From sequence record MW175414.1: a stretch of DNA of 64,000 nt; one strand, written 5' to 3'. The stretch's first letter is position 1. Every line of letters starts with the position of its first letter. Below the pieces are notes generated by a model. That model was not told where the DNA came from. It saw nothing but the letters and a program-made list of their open reading frames with translations, and ran no database searches. The DNA is from Escherichia phage VEc25. Below, one piece after another: positions 1 through 9,154 of the stretch. The position numbers and the translations under genes were made by a program.

Positions 1-89
1 TGGTGGGGCTACACCCCTTACACCATAAGCACCCCCCCCCTGTCTTTACTAGTGTAGCCTTAGCCTACCCCACCTTGTACACGTTACAC

Positions 90-102
90 GTTGCTTCGCA
101 AC
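90..102 (+). promoter_or_regulatory. Candidate hairpin promoter for virion RNA polymerase (5-bp stem, 3-nt loop)
   Basis: Inverted repeat gttgc-ttc-gcaac upstream of the first early ORF; the bottom-strand loop is GAA. N4-type vRNAP promoters are 5-7 bp stem / 3-nt loop hairpins. Confidence 0.35.
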
Positions 103-153
103 TTATGGACATGTTGTCCATATCTTATCAATCAACTATTGGAGACTAATACT

Positions 154-480
154 ATGACTACTCAGGCTAACGTTCGTATGACTGTAGGAACTCTGTTGGG
201 TACTGTTAACGAAGCAGCAACTACTGTAGCTGATACATTCGGTACTGCTACTAAAGCAGTAGGTATGCTTAATCGTTATGTAACTAAACAAGCAGATAAA
301 CAAATCATTCGTGACAAATTAGAAATGCATGAGTTTACCAATAAACTTATTGAAGAAACTGCAATGCAAGAAGCTATTCGTCAGAAACAAATTTTAGACT
401 TCTGCAAAGATGAACAAAACAAAGAATTGTTCTCTAATGCCTATGACCGTCTTAGCAAAATCTTAGCAGACTCTAAATAA
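154..480 (+). CDS. Hypothetical early protein
   Basis: ORF-track frame 91..480; first ATG at 154 is preceded by a ggaga RBS. Confidence 0.5.
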   Translation: MTTQANVRMTVGTLLGTVNEAATTVADTFGTATKAVGMLNRYVTKQADKQIIRDKLEMHEFTNKLIEETAMQEAIRQKQILDFCKDEQNKELFSNAYDRLSKILADSK

Positions 481-556
481 TAACAAACAAATGGAGGCTC
501 CTCGGAGTCTCCTTTTACATAGAACCGATAGTTCAATAACTATCTACTTTAAAGAT

Positions 557-573
557 AAGAAGCTCCGCTTCTT
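557..573 (+). promoter_or_regulatory. Hairpin promoter for virion RNA polymerase (7-bp stem, 3-nt loop)
   Basis: aagaagc-tcc-gcttctt followed by ttgg; the bottom-strand loop is GGA. The same ATAAG..GC-TCC-GC..CTT-TTGG pattern recurs at 4546. Confidence 0.55.
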
Positions 574-684
574 TTGGATGAAGTAATGCATCCAATCCTG
601 TATGAAATCTTAACCTTTTGTCTGGGATTACTTACCGACAAAGTAGTCTCAACTAATCAAAATCAACTATCTGGAGAGTACAAA

Positions 685-1071
685 ATGGCTATCACTACTT
701 TTGCTAAAACTTTTGGTCAGGCTTCTACTAAAACTGAATCCAACAATGGTTCTCGTCCGAAAGCTCAGTTCTGGATTAACGTTGGCTATGTAGCTAATGA
801 AGGCACTGAAGATGAACGTTTCATCTCTCTACCTACTGGTATTCCACTGGATACTCAGGAACATCTGCCAACCAATTCCTCTAACGAAGACTTCCGTGCA
901 ATGCGTTGTGCACAGAACGATTTGTTAGATCAACTGATGGAATTTGCTAAGACTCTGGAACCAGGTCAGGAAGGAGTTATCTCACTGCAAGTTCAACTTC
1001 GTCGAGTTAAAGAAGAAGCTCCTGCTATCTCAGCAAGTGAGAATAAATATGCTCGTAAACTGACTTTCTAA
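685..1071 (+). CDS. Hypothetical early protein
   Basis: ORF-track frame 574..1071 begins at a TTG inside the promoter hairpin; the ATG at 685 has a ggaga RBS (alternative ATG at 586). Confidence 0.5.
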
Positions 1072-1078
1072 TCTCTAT

Positions 1079-1105
1079 AGGACTACCTTCGGGTAGTCCT
1101 TTTTA
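1079..1105 (+). terminator. Rho-independent terminator
   Basis: aggactacc-ttcg-ggtagtcct stem-loop followed by TTTTT. Confidence 0.5.
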
Positions 1106-1171
1106 ATTTTAACTATCTAAATACTAAAGTAGAGATTTTGACCCTTTTCGACGAAGGGATACTAAAAAGTA

Positions 1172-1528
1172 ATGGATAGTTTGAGCAGATGTTTTAGAAG
1201 AAGGAGTATACAGATGCATCCTCTTATAAAACGATTCCTGATGGACTATCAGGAGTGGTTAGATAATGGAGCCAGTGAACCTCATTACCTGTTTGATAGG
1301 GGTAGTGGACTGTGTGTTCAACTAGGCAAGTATCTTAGAAGACAGCCAATCAGTGAAGAAACAGTAGATGCTCTGTGTAAGAGCTTTACTCATTTACTTC
1401 CTGATAATGATACCAATCTACCATTCAATGTAGATGTTCTCGACTACATGATGGAATGTTCTGATGGAAGATGTCATCTGAACCAAAGTCGAATTAATTG
1501 GATTAAGAGTCAGTTGGAGAGTAAGTAA
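1172..1528 (+). CDS. Hypothetical protein
   Basis: ORF in the early + strand operon. Confidence 0.4.
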   Translation: MDSLSRCFRRRSIQMHPLIKRFLMDYQEWLDNGASEPHYLFDRGSGLCVQLGKYLRRQPISEETVDALCKSFTHLLPDNDTNLPFNVDVLDYMMECSDGRCHLNQSRINWIKSQLESK

Positions 1529-1531
1529 ATT

Positions 1532-1969
1532 ATGTCATATGAAATTGTAAAACATTGGACTTCTAAGGCTGGGCTGAAGGCTTGGGTATTGCTGGTAAAT
1601 GGTGGTAGTCATCATTGCGGTTACGTAGAAATACCTGAAGCATTACTGGATAAAAACTTCTATGACTATATCTGTGATGGTGAAGAAACACTTCATATTG
1701 CAGTACATGGTGGAGTTACCTATCAAGGTGTTCCTCAGTGGGCTGATGGGATTAAAGTCATAGGTTATGACTGTGCTCATGCAGGGGATAAACTGAAATG
1801 TCCTAAACAATTCATTGGCTCTCTTAGGGAGAGACTCTATGAGGATTCTTATGGAGTATGGCGAGATGAAGAATACTGCATCAATGAATGTGAAAGCATG
1901 GCAGACCAGTTAATTAACCTGATACCAAAATTAGGGTTTAACGATGAAATTCAGAACAGTAATGGTTAA
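1532..1969 (+). CDS. Hypothetical protein
   Basis: ORF tightly packed after the preceding gene. Confidence 0.45.
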   Translation: MSYEIVKHWTSKAGLKAWVLLVNGGSHHCGYVEIPEALLDKNFYDYICDGEETLHIAVHGGVTYQGVPQWADGIKVIGYDCAHAGDKLKCPKQFIGSLRERLYEDSYGVWRDEEYCINECESMADQLINLIPKLGFNDEIQNSNG

Positions 1970-2309
1970 TGCTCTTGATACCAGGGGTAATGAAATCATT
2001 AGCTATAAAGTGCAAGGCTTTAAATGGTTCAAATGGAAAACATTAACTAGCTTTAAAGAATTTGAGAAAGATAAAGCTATTAAGTTAACCAAGAAATTGA
2101 ACCAACGTAAGAAGATTAAATTAGTTACTGTAATTAAATAAGGATAAGGCAATGCGTAAATCACTAATCATGGGAACCAAAGAAGACGTTGCTAAGATGA
2201 AAGCTAAACGTCAGATGAATAAAGCAGTAACGTTTGCAGAACGTTATAGTACGTCTGAACCAGTACGTCGTATTGTTACTTTCAACCATCCAGCTATTAA
2301 GGGTATGTA

Positions 2310-2519
2310 ATGCAAACTAAGGATAAGAAAGACTTAGAACGTCTTCTCCGTGTATATGGTGATTATGCATTGTTAGCAGAGATAACTAATATTATCGAAG
2401 AAGACTGTCGTAACGGTTATGCCAATAACCCACAAGCAATAATTCATCGTGATGCAGTAGTGCTTAGAGAAGCAGTCAGTAAGATGCAAGCATTACACCC
2501 ATTAAGGCAACGAGCATAA
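2310..2519 (+). CDS. Hypothetical protein
   Basis: ORF on the + strand. Confidence 0.4.
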   Translation: MQTKDKKDLERLLRVYGDYALLAEITNIIEEDCRNGYANNPQAIIHRDAVVLREAVSKMQALHPLRQRA

Positions 2520-2592
2520 ATAGGAGGGGGCTACTAAGCCCTCTTCTTATTTTTATCGTGGTTATTAAGCAACTATCTTAGAGGAAGGAATA

Positions 2593-2808
2593 ATGGAACA
2601 GTTAAACTACGGTTATAAGATTAAACGCAATCAAGTAAGAGGTTCTTGGTTATTTCTCATTTATGGCAAACCAATCTATGAATTACATCGTGGAGAGAAA
2701 TCCAAGACCTATTACGTAACTCATATTGCTACAGGAAAGACTCCTGCATGTGCAGGATTGCTTCGTGATGCAATTATGAAAGCATGTATGTTAGAAGGAC
2801 TTCTATGA
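2593..2808 (+). CDS. Hypothetical protein
   Basis: ORF with a ggaagg RBS. Confidence 0.4.
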   Translation: MEQLNYGYKIKRNQVRGSWLFLIYGKPIYELHRGEKSKTYYVTHIATGKTPACAGLLRDAIMKACMLEGLL

Positions 2809-3119
2809 ACCAAATCATTGCTATCCCGCAGCATAAAGCTCGTATTGCTGACAGGAATATTCGTATTCATTATCCAATGCCTTTGAGCAATCCATTTCAG
2901 AAAAATGAGAGAACCACGGATGAAGATATAGCAGCAGCTTATGAGGCATATCTTCGTAACCGTTTGGTAAGTGGTGACAAGCTCATTACGGCCGAAATGG
3001 AACGAATTGCTAAATTCGTTATGGATACTACTGACAAACCAGTTGGCCTCATCGGTAATGAACTGGAAGTGAATGTAATCCGTAAGATTATTATGGAGGC
3101 TCTTAATGGGAATCAGTGA
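2805..3119 (+). CDS. Hypothetical protein
   Basis: ORF-track frame 2784..3119; the ATG at 2805 overlaps the upstream stop. Preferred over the antisense ORF 2721..3155. Confidence 0.4.
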   Translation: MNQIIAIPQHKARIADRNIRIHYPMPLSNPFQKNERTTDEDIAAAYEAYLRNRLVSGDKLITAEMERIAKFVMDTTDKPVGLIGNELEVNVIRKIIMEALNGNQ

Positions 3120-3281
3120 ATCCCAGGCTATGGCTATTAAACAGTTAGCCTTCAACTGCCTTAGTGCTATGAAGGCATTTAATGAAGCAAAAACTTTCCC
3201 TGACCAGAATAAAGCTCGTATTCAACTTTATCAGTCTAAGAAAGATTTTGAAGAATATCTGGAAAGTATTACGGTGAAATA

Positions 3282-3602
3282 ATGAAAACAATATTAATTG
3301 TTCATGATGCTGATTTTAATGATGTTGATAAAATGATGCGTAATATTGATTATGTAGCTCAGACAACTCCAACATTTAAAGAAGAATTTACTCTATATTG
3401 TGATGCTAATTCACCATTAGTTCCCATTCTGAAAGAAGCCGGTTTACCCTTCTCTACAGATAATTTCCCTGAAGAACCTGATTATGTAATTTCATTTATT
3501 TATGACTTACATGATGGCTCAGAACCAAGTGAATTGGCTATGAGTCAATGGAAATCCAGAAGACCTGTATATGCATTTCAGGTAGTTAAATCAAGGGGTT
3601 AA
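3282..3602 (+). CDS. Hypothetical protein
   Basis: ORF on the + strand. Confidence 0.45.
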   Translation: MKTILIVHDADFNDVDKMMRNIDYVAQTTPTFKEEFTLYCDANSPLVPILKEAGLPFSTDNFPEEPDYVISFIYDLHDGSEPSELAMSQWKSRRPVYAFQVVKSRG

Positions 3603-3604
3603 CT

Positions 3605-3973
3605 ATGTTAGGTGATAACACTAATGCTCTGTTTGGGGTGTCAGCCAGACCCATTATCATTGTTAATAAACATCATGGTAAGAAAGGTGAATATATTGGG
3701 CGTGGTTCTCCTCTGGGTAATCCATTCGTTATTGGTAAAGATGGAACCAGAGAAGAAGTAATTGCCAAATATAAAGTATGGCTACAAGAACAGATTGATA
3801 AAGGTAATCCAGATGTACTGGATGAATTAAATCGTCTTGGTAATAAAGCCATTGATGAAAAAGGATTAGCTTTACAGTGCTTCTGTTATCCAAAACCTTG
3901 TCATGGCGAGGTTATTAAAGAGAAGTTAGTGAAAGCTATGTATAACTATTTTGTGGAAAATCCTAATGGATAA
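3605..3973 (+). CDS. Hypothetical protein with GRGSPLGNPF motif
   Basis: ORF; the GNPF-type motif is reminiscent of small phage-associated domains of unknown function. Confidence 0.45.
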   Translation: MLGDNTNALFGVSARPIIIVNKHHGKKGEYIGRGSPLGNPFVIGKDGTREEVIAKYKVWLQEQIDKGNPDVLDELNRLGNKAIDEKGLALQCFCYPKPCHGEVIKEKLVKAMYNYFVENPNG

Positions 3974-4151
3974 ACAATGCAAATGTGGTAAAGGCTATGT
4001 ATCCCAATGGGATGGTAAATGTGGTCATTGTAGAACCAAGAAAGAACAACGTGACCATGAATATGCACTTCAGGAAATGATTGTACCTGTTGAGAATTTA
4101 GGTATGGCTCCACTTGAGGCTTACAAATACATAAGGAGATTATGCAAATGA
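3966..4151 (+). CDS. Small Cys-rich (zinc-ribbon-like) protein
   Basis: CKCGKG...CGHC arrangement; ORF-track frame 3951..4151 with an internal ATG at 3966. Confidence 0.35.
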   Translation: MDKQCKCGKGYVSQWDGKCGHCRTKKEQRDHEYALQEMIVPVENLGMAPLEAYKYIRRLCK

Positions 4152-4528
4152 AAGAAGTATTCGTATTTGGTTCTAACCTTGCTGGTGTACATGGTGCAGG
4201 TGCTGCAAAGACAGCATATAAGAAACATGGAGCCAGATGGGGTAAAGGGCATGGTCATTATGGTGACAGCTATGCCATTCCCACTAAAGATACCAATATC
4301 AAAACGATGGCTATTGAAGACATTCGTACATTTGTAAATGCCTTCATTGTCTATGCTGCTAATCATCCAGAACTTAACTTTAAAGTTACTCGTGTAGGGT
4401 GTGGATTAGCTGGTATTGATGATTCTGTTATGGCCTCTATGTTTAAAAATGCCACTGGTAACTGTTCCTTTGACTTAGCATGGAAAAGTTACTTAGGGGA
4501 TGATTTCAACTACTGGGGAACGTTCTAA
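4142..4528 (+). CDS. Hypothetical protein with glycine-rich Rossmann-like motif
   Basis: N-terminal VFVFGSNLAGVHGAGAAKTA and C-terminal RVGCGLAGID motifs. Confidence 0.45.
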   Translation: MQMKEVFVFGSNLAGVHGAGAAKTAYKKHGARWGKGHGHYGDSYAIPTKDTNIKTMAIEDIRTFVNAFIVYAANHPELNFKVTRVGCGLAGIDDSVMASMFKNATGNCSFDLAWKSYLGDDFNYWGTF

Positions 4529-4545
4529 CTCATACATTAGGCAAT

Positions 4546-4562
4546 AAGCTGCTCCGCAGCTT
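4546..4562 (+). promoter_or_regulatory. Hairpin promoter for virion RNA polymerase (7-bp stem, 3-nt loop)
   Basis: aagctgc-tcc-gcagctt followed by ttgg, 40 nt upstream of the RNAP II genes; same pattern as the hairpin at 557. Confidence 0.55.
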
Positions 4563-4602
4563 TTGGTAATTAATATGTTTAACCAATTTTGGAGAATATG
4601 CG

Positions 4603-5412
4603 ATGTCTACTATCGAACATCAGATGCACCTCGAAAAGCTGTACAACAAGAACCAACTGTTACCAAGAATGCGTCAGGAGTTTGAAGAAAACTCCGGTAT
4701 TGATTTCAAAGCCTTCTTTGCACATATAGGCATTGATTACAAATTTGGCATTGATGCAATGGTTCAAATGGCTCTGCATAAGCGAGCTGACCTACCAACA
4801 TTAGTTGGTACATTGCGTCATCACTGCAAATCTGCACAGGAAGTAGCAGACAACCTTTTTAAGATGGCAAGTGAGGATTGCTTTAACTTTGACCCGACCA
4901 TCGACAAGTTCATTGTCATTTATACAATCAGCGATGACGTACAGCATGAACTGGATTCATTTCAATATCCACTACCTATGGTAGTACGTCCTAAGCTGTT
5001 AACTAAGAATTACGGTACTGGGTACTTCACATGTAATAAGAGTGTGATTCTTAAGAAGAACCATACTGACGATGACATCTGCTTAGACCATCTGAACCGT
5101 ATGAATAAGATTCCATTGTCTATCAATTGGGATGTAGCTCATATGGTTAAAAATGAATGGGCTAATTTGGATAAACCGAAAGAAGGTGAAACTCGTCAAG
5201 AGTTTGAAAAACGTGTACGTGCATTCCAGAAATACGACCGTACTGCACATGAAGTGATGGGTTTATTGACCCGGGAAGGCAATAAGTTCTATCTGACTCA
5301 TCGTCCGGATAAACGTGGTCGTACCTATTCTCAGGGATACCATGTGAACTACCAGGGAACCAGTTGGAACAAGGCTGTCCTTGAATTTGCTGAAAAAGAA
5401 GTAATTGATTAA
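4603..5412 (+). CDS. Phage RNA polymerase II, small subunit (N4 gp15-like)
   Basis: 269-aa ORF immediately upstream of the T7-like catalytic subunit; size and position match the N4 heterodimeric RNAP II. Confidence 0.65.
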   Translation: MSTIEHQMHLEKLYNKNQLLPRMRQEFEENSGIDFKAFFAHIGIDYKFGIDAMVQMALHKRADLPTLVGTLRHHCKSAQEVADNLFKMASEDCFNFDPTIDKFIVIYTISDDVQHELDSFQYPLPMVVRPKLLTKNYGTGYFTCNKSVILKKNHTDDDICLDHLNRMNKIPLSINWDVAHMVKNEWANLDKPKEGETRQEFEKRVRAFQKYDRTAHEVMGLLTREGNKFYLTHRPDKRGRTYSQGYHVNYQGTSWNKAVLEFAEKEVID

Positions 5413-5459
5413 GTAATCCATTAATGCAAGCCAATAGGCTAAGACGCGAGGAATATACA

Positions 5460-6674
5460 ATGCAAACTTTTACTGCCCGTGAATATCTGAAAATTGACAT
5501 TGCTAATAACTATGGTCTGGATAAAGAAGACTGGGATGACCGTATTGCATGGTTCGATAAGAATGAGAACAACCTACTGAACCTTGTAAGAGAAGCTGAA
5601 GAACCAGCCCTGTTCTACGCCGGTGTTAAAGCATGGATGGACGTTAAGGAAGGTAAGCCAATTGGTTATCCTGTTGCACTGGATGCTACATCATCTGGTC
5701 TACAGATTCTGGCTTGTCTGACTGGTGACCGTAGAGCTGCTGAACTATGTAACGTTGTTAACTATCGTGATGAAAGTGGCAAAGTTAAACGTCGTGATGC
5801 TTATACAGTTATCTACAACAAGATGCTGAACACTCTTGGTAAAGGTGCTCGTATCAAACGTAATGACTGTAAACAAGCAATCATGACTGCTCTGTATGGT
5901 TCAGAAGCTAAACCAAAGGAAGTATTTGGTGAAGGCATTATGCTCAACGTATTTGAAAGCACAATGAATGTGGAAGCACCTGCTGTATGGGAACTGAATA
6001 AATTCTGGTTACAGTGTGGTAATCCAGAGGCTTTCGTATATCACTGGGTAATGCCAGATGGCTTTAACGTATATATCAAAGTAATGGTAAATGAAGTGGA
6101 GACTGTCCACTTCTTAGATAAGCCATATGACTGTGTTCGTAAAGTACAAGGTACTGAAGAGAAGACTCGTATGCTATCTGCCAATACCACTCACTCTATT
6201 GATGGCCTAGTAGTACGTGAGCTGGTTCGTCGTTGTGATTATGACAAGAACCAGATTGAATACATCAAGGCTCTTTGCAATGGTGAAGCTGAATATAAGG
6301 CTTCTGAAAAGAACTATGGCAAAGCAATGGAACTGTGGGGCTATTATGAGAAGACAGGATTCCTGACTGCTCGTATCTTTGATTATCTGGATTCTGAAAC
6401 TATTAAATTAGTAAATACTCAGGACATTCTAGACCTGATTGAATCCATGCCTAAGAAGCCATTCCATGTACTCACTGTACATGACTGCTTCCGTTGCCTG
6501 CCTAACTATGGCAATGACATTCGTCGTCAGTACAACAACTTGTTAGCTACTATTGCTAAAGGCGACTTACTCTCTTTCATTATGAGCCAGGTTCTAGGCC
6601 AAGAAGTTACTATTGGCAAACTAGACCCGACTCTATGGGAAGATATATTAGAAACCGAATACGCTCTATCTTAA
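5460..6674 (+). CDS. Phage RNA polymerase II, catalytic subunit (T7-like, N4 gp16-like)
   Basis: 404 aa from the ATG at 5460; motif A-like VALDATSSGLQILA, motif B-like K..MTALYGS and motif C-like LTVHDCF. Confidence 0.75.
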   Translation: MQTFTAREYLKIDIANNYGLDKEDWDDRIAWFDKNENNLLNLVREAEEPALFYAGVKAWMDVKEGKPIGYPVALDATSSGLQILACLTGDRRAAELCNVVNYRDESGKVKRRDAYTVIYNKMLNTLGKGARIKRNDCKQAIMTALYGSEAKPKEVFGEGIMLNVFESTMNVEAPAVWELNKFWLQCGNPEAFVYHWVMPDGFNVYIKVMVNEVETVHFLDKPYDCVRKVQGTEEKTRMLSANTTHSIDGLVVRELVRRCDYDKNQIEYIKALCNGEAEYKASEKNYGKAMELWGYYEKTGFLTARIFDYLDSETIKLVNTQDILDLIESMPKKPFHVLTVHDCFRCLPNYGNDIRRQYNNLLATIAKGDLLSFIMSQVLGQEVTIGKLDPTLWEDILETEYALS

Positions 6675-6681
6675 TAACTAA

Positions 6682-6715
6682 GGCTATCCCTACGGGGGTA
6701 GCCTTTATTTTTTTA
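6682..6715 (+). terminator. Rho-independent terminator
   Basis: GC-rich stem-loop ggctatccc-tacg-ggggtagcc followed by a T-run. Confidence 0.6.
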
Positions 6716-6725
6716 GTAAATCATA

Positions 6726-7598
6726 ATGGATAGGCATTTAACCTATGAGGAAATTAAAATGCCTGTTCTTAAAGTGATGTTTCATAAAGACACCAACGTA
6801 GCTACTGTACTGGATGCCAGTGGTAGCCTTAGTGATGGTTCCGTTGAGGTGGGTACTTTCCATCACCCTGATGAAACGTATCCCGATAGTGTAACTATCT
6901 ATCATGGTGTCCGTGACCTGCTGTATAAACGCAGTGCTAAAGACCCATCTCAAACTGCTTCTTACCCAAATAACATTATCAATATGCAAGTTATCAGTAT
7001 TGATATGAAGGCAACTCCTCGCTTGATTCTGGGTACTGCATTGCCTCGTGTAATCTCTACTATTGAAGGTAAAGATGTAACCTGGCATGTAGATGTTGCT
7101 GGTGGTAAAGCACCATTGACTTACAAGTGGCAGTTTAAAGCTAATACTGTAGGTGCTGCTTTCGCTGATATTGATTCCGGAGAGAATCCTACAGCTAAAA
7201 CTGCAACTCTTATTAACCATGCAGTAACTGCTGAATCTGCTGGTACTTATAAAGTCATCATTACTGATGCTAACGGTACTACTATCGAGAGTTCTTCTCT
7301 GCTGGTTGTAGGAGTTCAGGAACCACCTGAAGTAGCTTCTATTGTTGCTTACCCAAGTCCACTGGCTCTATCAGTGGCTGATGATATTACTGAAGGTAAA
7401 ACAGTTAAGTTTTCTTCCCTGCCTGCTGGCTCTTTGATTGGTACTCTGTCCATTAAGACCCAGCCTGACAGTGGTAAAGCTACTGCTGAGATTAGTGGTA
7501 ATGTACTGACAGTTAAACCTGTAGCCGCAGGTGACACTACTGTAGTAGTCACCAACGGAACCAAGGAAGTAACTGTTACGGTTAATGTTACAGAGTAA
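6726..7598 (+). CDS. Ig-like domain protein, probable capsid decoration protein (N4 gp17-like)
   Basis: Repeated beta-rich T/V/S segments typical of bacterial Ig-like folds; position directly after RNAP II as in N4. Confidence 0.5.
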   Translation: MDRHLTYEEIKMPVLKVMFHKDTNVATVLDASGSLSDGSVEVGTFHHPDETYPDSVTIYHGVRDLLYKRSAKDPSQTASYPNNIINMQVISIDMKATPRLILGTALPRVISTIEGKDVTWHVDVAGGKAPLTYKWQFKANTVGAAFADIDSGENPTAKTATLINHAVTAESAGTYKVIITDANGTTIESSSLLVVGVQEPPEVASIVAYPSPLALSVADDITEGKTVKFSSLPAGSLIGTLSIKTQPDSGKATAEISGNVLTVKPVAAGDTTVVVTNGTKEVTVTVNVTE

Positions 7599-7620
7599 TG
7601 TGATTGTTTTTATGAATGTA

Positions 7621-7645
7621 GCCCTCCTTGTGAGGGCTTTTTAGT
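7621..7645 (+). terminator. Rho-independent terminator
   Basis: gccctcc-ttgt-gagggc followed by TTTTT. Confidence 0.6.
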
Positions 7646-7667
7646 ATTTATAGGAGAGTAAATAATT

Positions 7668-7982
7668 ATGGCTAATAAGAACTGTCTTCGTGTATGGCAT
7701 ATCCCTCAAGTACCCGGCAAAGCCTTCTATGTTGAAGTAGATTCAGTAGAAGAAGGTGTACGTATCATTGATATACTAGCCAACTATGACCTATTCCAGT
7801 ATGAGAACAATATCAAAGGTGATTACTGCAATGTCTCTGGTTTACAGATGTATGATGAACATATCACTGATGATGAAATGGAAGAGATGGGTCTGACTGA
7901 CCGTTGGGTAGACTGGTACTATGAAGATGACCAGAGCTTTTTTGATAACCCGAAAGAGTATTTGAATAATCTCAAGAAGTAA
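7668..7982 (+). CDS. Hypothetical acidic protein
   Basis: ORF with RBS; D/E-rich. Confidence 0.45.
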   Translation: MANKNCLRVWHIPQVPGKAFYVEVDSVEEGVRIIDILANYDLFQYENNIKGDYCNVSGLQMYDEHITDDEMEEMGLTDRWVDWYYEDDQSFFDNPKEYLNNLKK

Positions 7983-8022
7983 TTTCTTGGGGTTAATGAC
8001 CCTTATTAATTCCTTATCCTTT

Positions 8023-8046
8023 GCCCTCCTATGGAGGGCTTTTTTA
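8023..8046 (+). terminator. Rho-independent terminator
   Basis: gccctcc-tatg-gagggc followed by TTTTTT. Confidence 0.55.
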
Positions 8047-8056
8047 CGGAGTACAA

Positions 8057-8263
8057 ATGTTTAAGTTCTTAGACCTTATCTGGGCAGTCATTTTGCTGGT
8101 TGCTACAGGCTTTGTATATGGCTTCTTGCTCCCATCAATGATGTCTGCTTTAGACAGCATCATTGTTGTTATGGGCTTGATAGTCTGTATTGTGTGGCCT
8201 CTTATCGTAGGCCGTATCGTTTATCTTACAGTTAAGAAAAGGATGAGAAGAAAACATGTATAA
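8057..8263 (+). CDS. Small two-helix membrane protein (NfeD-like partner candidate)
   Basis: 68-aa hydrophobic ORF with C-terminal basic tail; overlaps the start of the SPFH gene by 8 nt. Confidence 0.45.
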   Translation: MFKFLDLIWAVILLVATGFVYGFLLPSMMSALDSIIVVMGLIVCIVWPLIVGRIVYLTVKKRMRRKHV

Positions 8264-9092
8264 GTACATTGCAGTAGCAATTGCAGGGCTAATCATTGCT
8301 CTAAGTTTAACGAGCTGCTATGACCGAGTTGAACCAGGTAATGTAGGTATTATCGTTAACCGTCTTGGTGAAGATAAAGGTGTGGAAAATGAGGTTAAAG
8401 GTGTAGGCCGTTACTGGCTCACTTGGAATGAAGAACTTTATACATTCCCGACCTTTAAGCAGATGAAGACCTATGACGGTCTGTTCTACTTCCAACTGTC
8501 TGATGGTACTCAGATAGGCCACCAGATGGCTATCAGCTATAAAGTGAACCCTACTAAGGTAACTAATATCTTCCAGACGTATCGTAAGGGAGTTAATGAA
8601 ATTACCGAGCAGGATTTACGACAACGTATTGCTGATGTACTTAACAGACAGGGTAACCTGATTAACACTGATACCTTTATTGATGGTGGTAAATCTAAGC
8701 TACTGGATAGTGTCACTGACACAATCCGTAAAGAGATGGAACCAGTGGGGATTGATATTATTGCTATCTCCTGGATTGGTGCTCCTGAATACCCTGATAA
8801 CGTTAAACGTGCCATTAATGCCAAAGTAGAAGCTACTCAGAAAACTCTGCAACGTGAGCAAGAGATTCAGCAACGTGTAGCAGAAGCTAATATGGAACGT
8901 GAACAAGCTAAGGGTGTAGCAGATGCTATTCTGATTAAGGCTAAAGCAGAGGCTGATGCTATTCGTTTACGTGGTGAAGCACTCACTGAGAACCCAAATG
9001 TAATGCAACTGGAAGCCATTAATAAGTGGAATGGTACATTACCTACCACAATGATTCCTGGGGCTACTACACCTTTCGTTAATGTGAAATAA
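8256..9092 (+). CDS. SPFH/band-7 (HflK/C-like) membrane protein
   Basis: N-terminal TM helix, then a C-terminal coiled-coil rich in A/E/K/R (EATQKTLQREQEIQQRVAEANMEREQAKGVADAILIKAKAEADAIR) typical of SPFH proteins. Confidence 0.55.
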   Translation: MYKYIAVAIAGLIIALSLTSCYDRVEPGNVGIIVNRLGEDKGVENEVKGVGRYWLTWNEELYTFPTFKQMKTYDGLFYFQLSDGTQIGHQMAISYKVNPTKVTNIFQTYRKGVNEITEQDLRQRIADVLNRQGNLINTDTFIDGGKSKLLDSVTDTIRKEMEPVGIDIIAISWIGAPEYPDNVKRAINAKVEATQKTLQREQEIQQRVAEANMEREQAKGVADAILIKAKAEADAIRLRGEALTENPNVMQLEAINKWNGTLPTTMIPGATTPFVNVK

Positions 9093-9098
9093 CTAAGC

Positions 9099-9128
9099 AA
9101 ACCCACCATTACGGTGGGTTTATTTTTT
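9099..9128 (+). terminator. Rho-independent terminator
   Basis: aaacccacc-attac-ggtgggttt followed by a T-run. Confidence 0.6.
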
Positions 9129-9154
9129 GAAGTTATCTAACACTGGGTATTCCT

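Noticed and set aside
91-1071. ORF-track starts at 91 and 574 (and 8021)
   Set aside because: These begin at TTG codons inside promoter or terminator hairpins; downstream ATGs with RBS (154, 685, 8057) are more plausible.
2721-3155. 144-aa minus-strand ORF overlapping plus-strand ORFs
   Set aside because: The plus-strand ORF 2805-3119 fits the operon orientation and coupling; the minus ORF is likely spurious.
6738-7220. 160-aa minus-strand ORF inside the Ig-like gene
   Set aside because: Antisense to a gene with clear RBS and terminators; no independent support.
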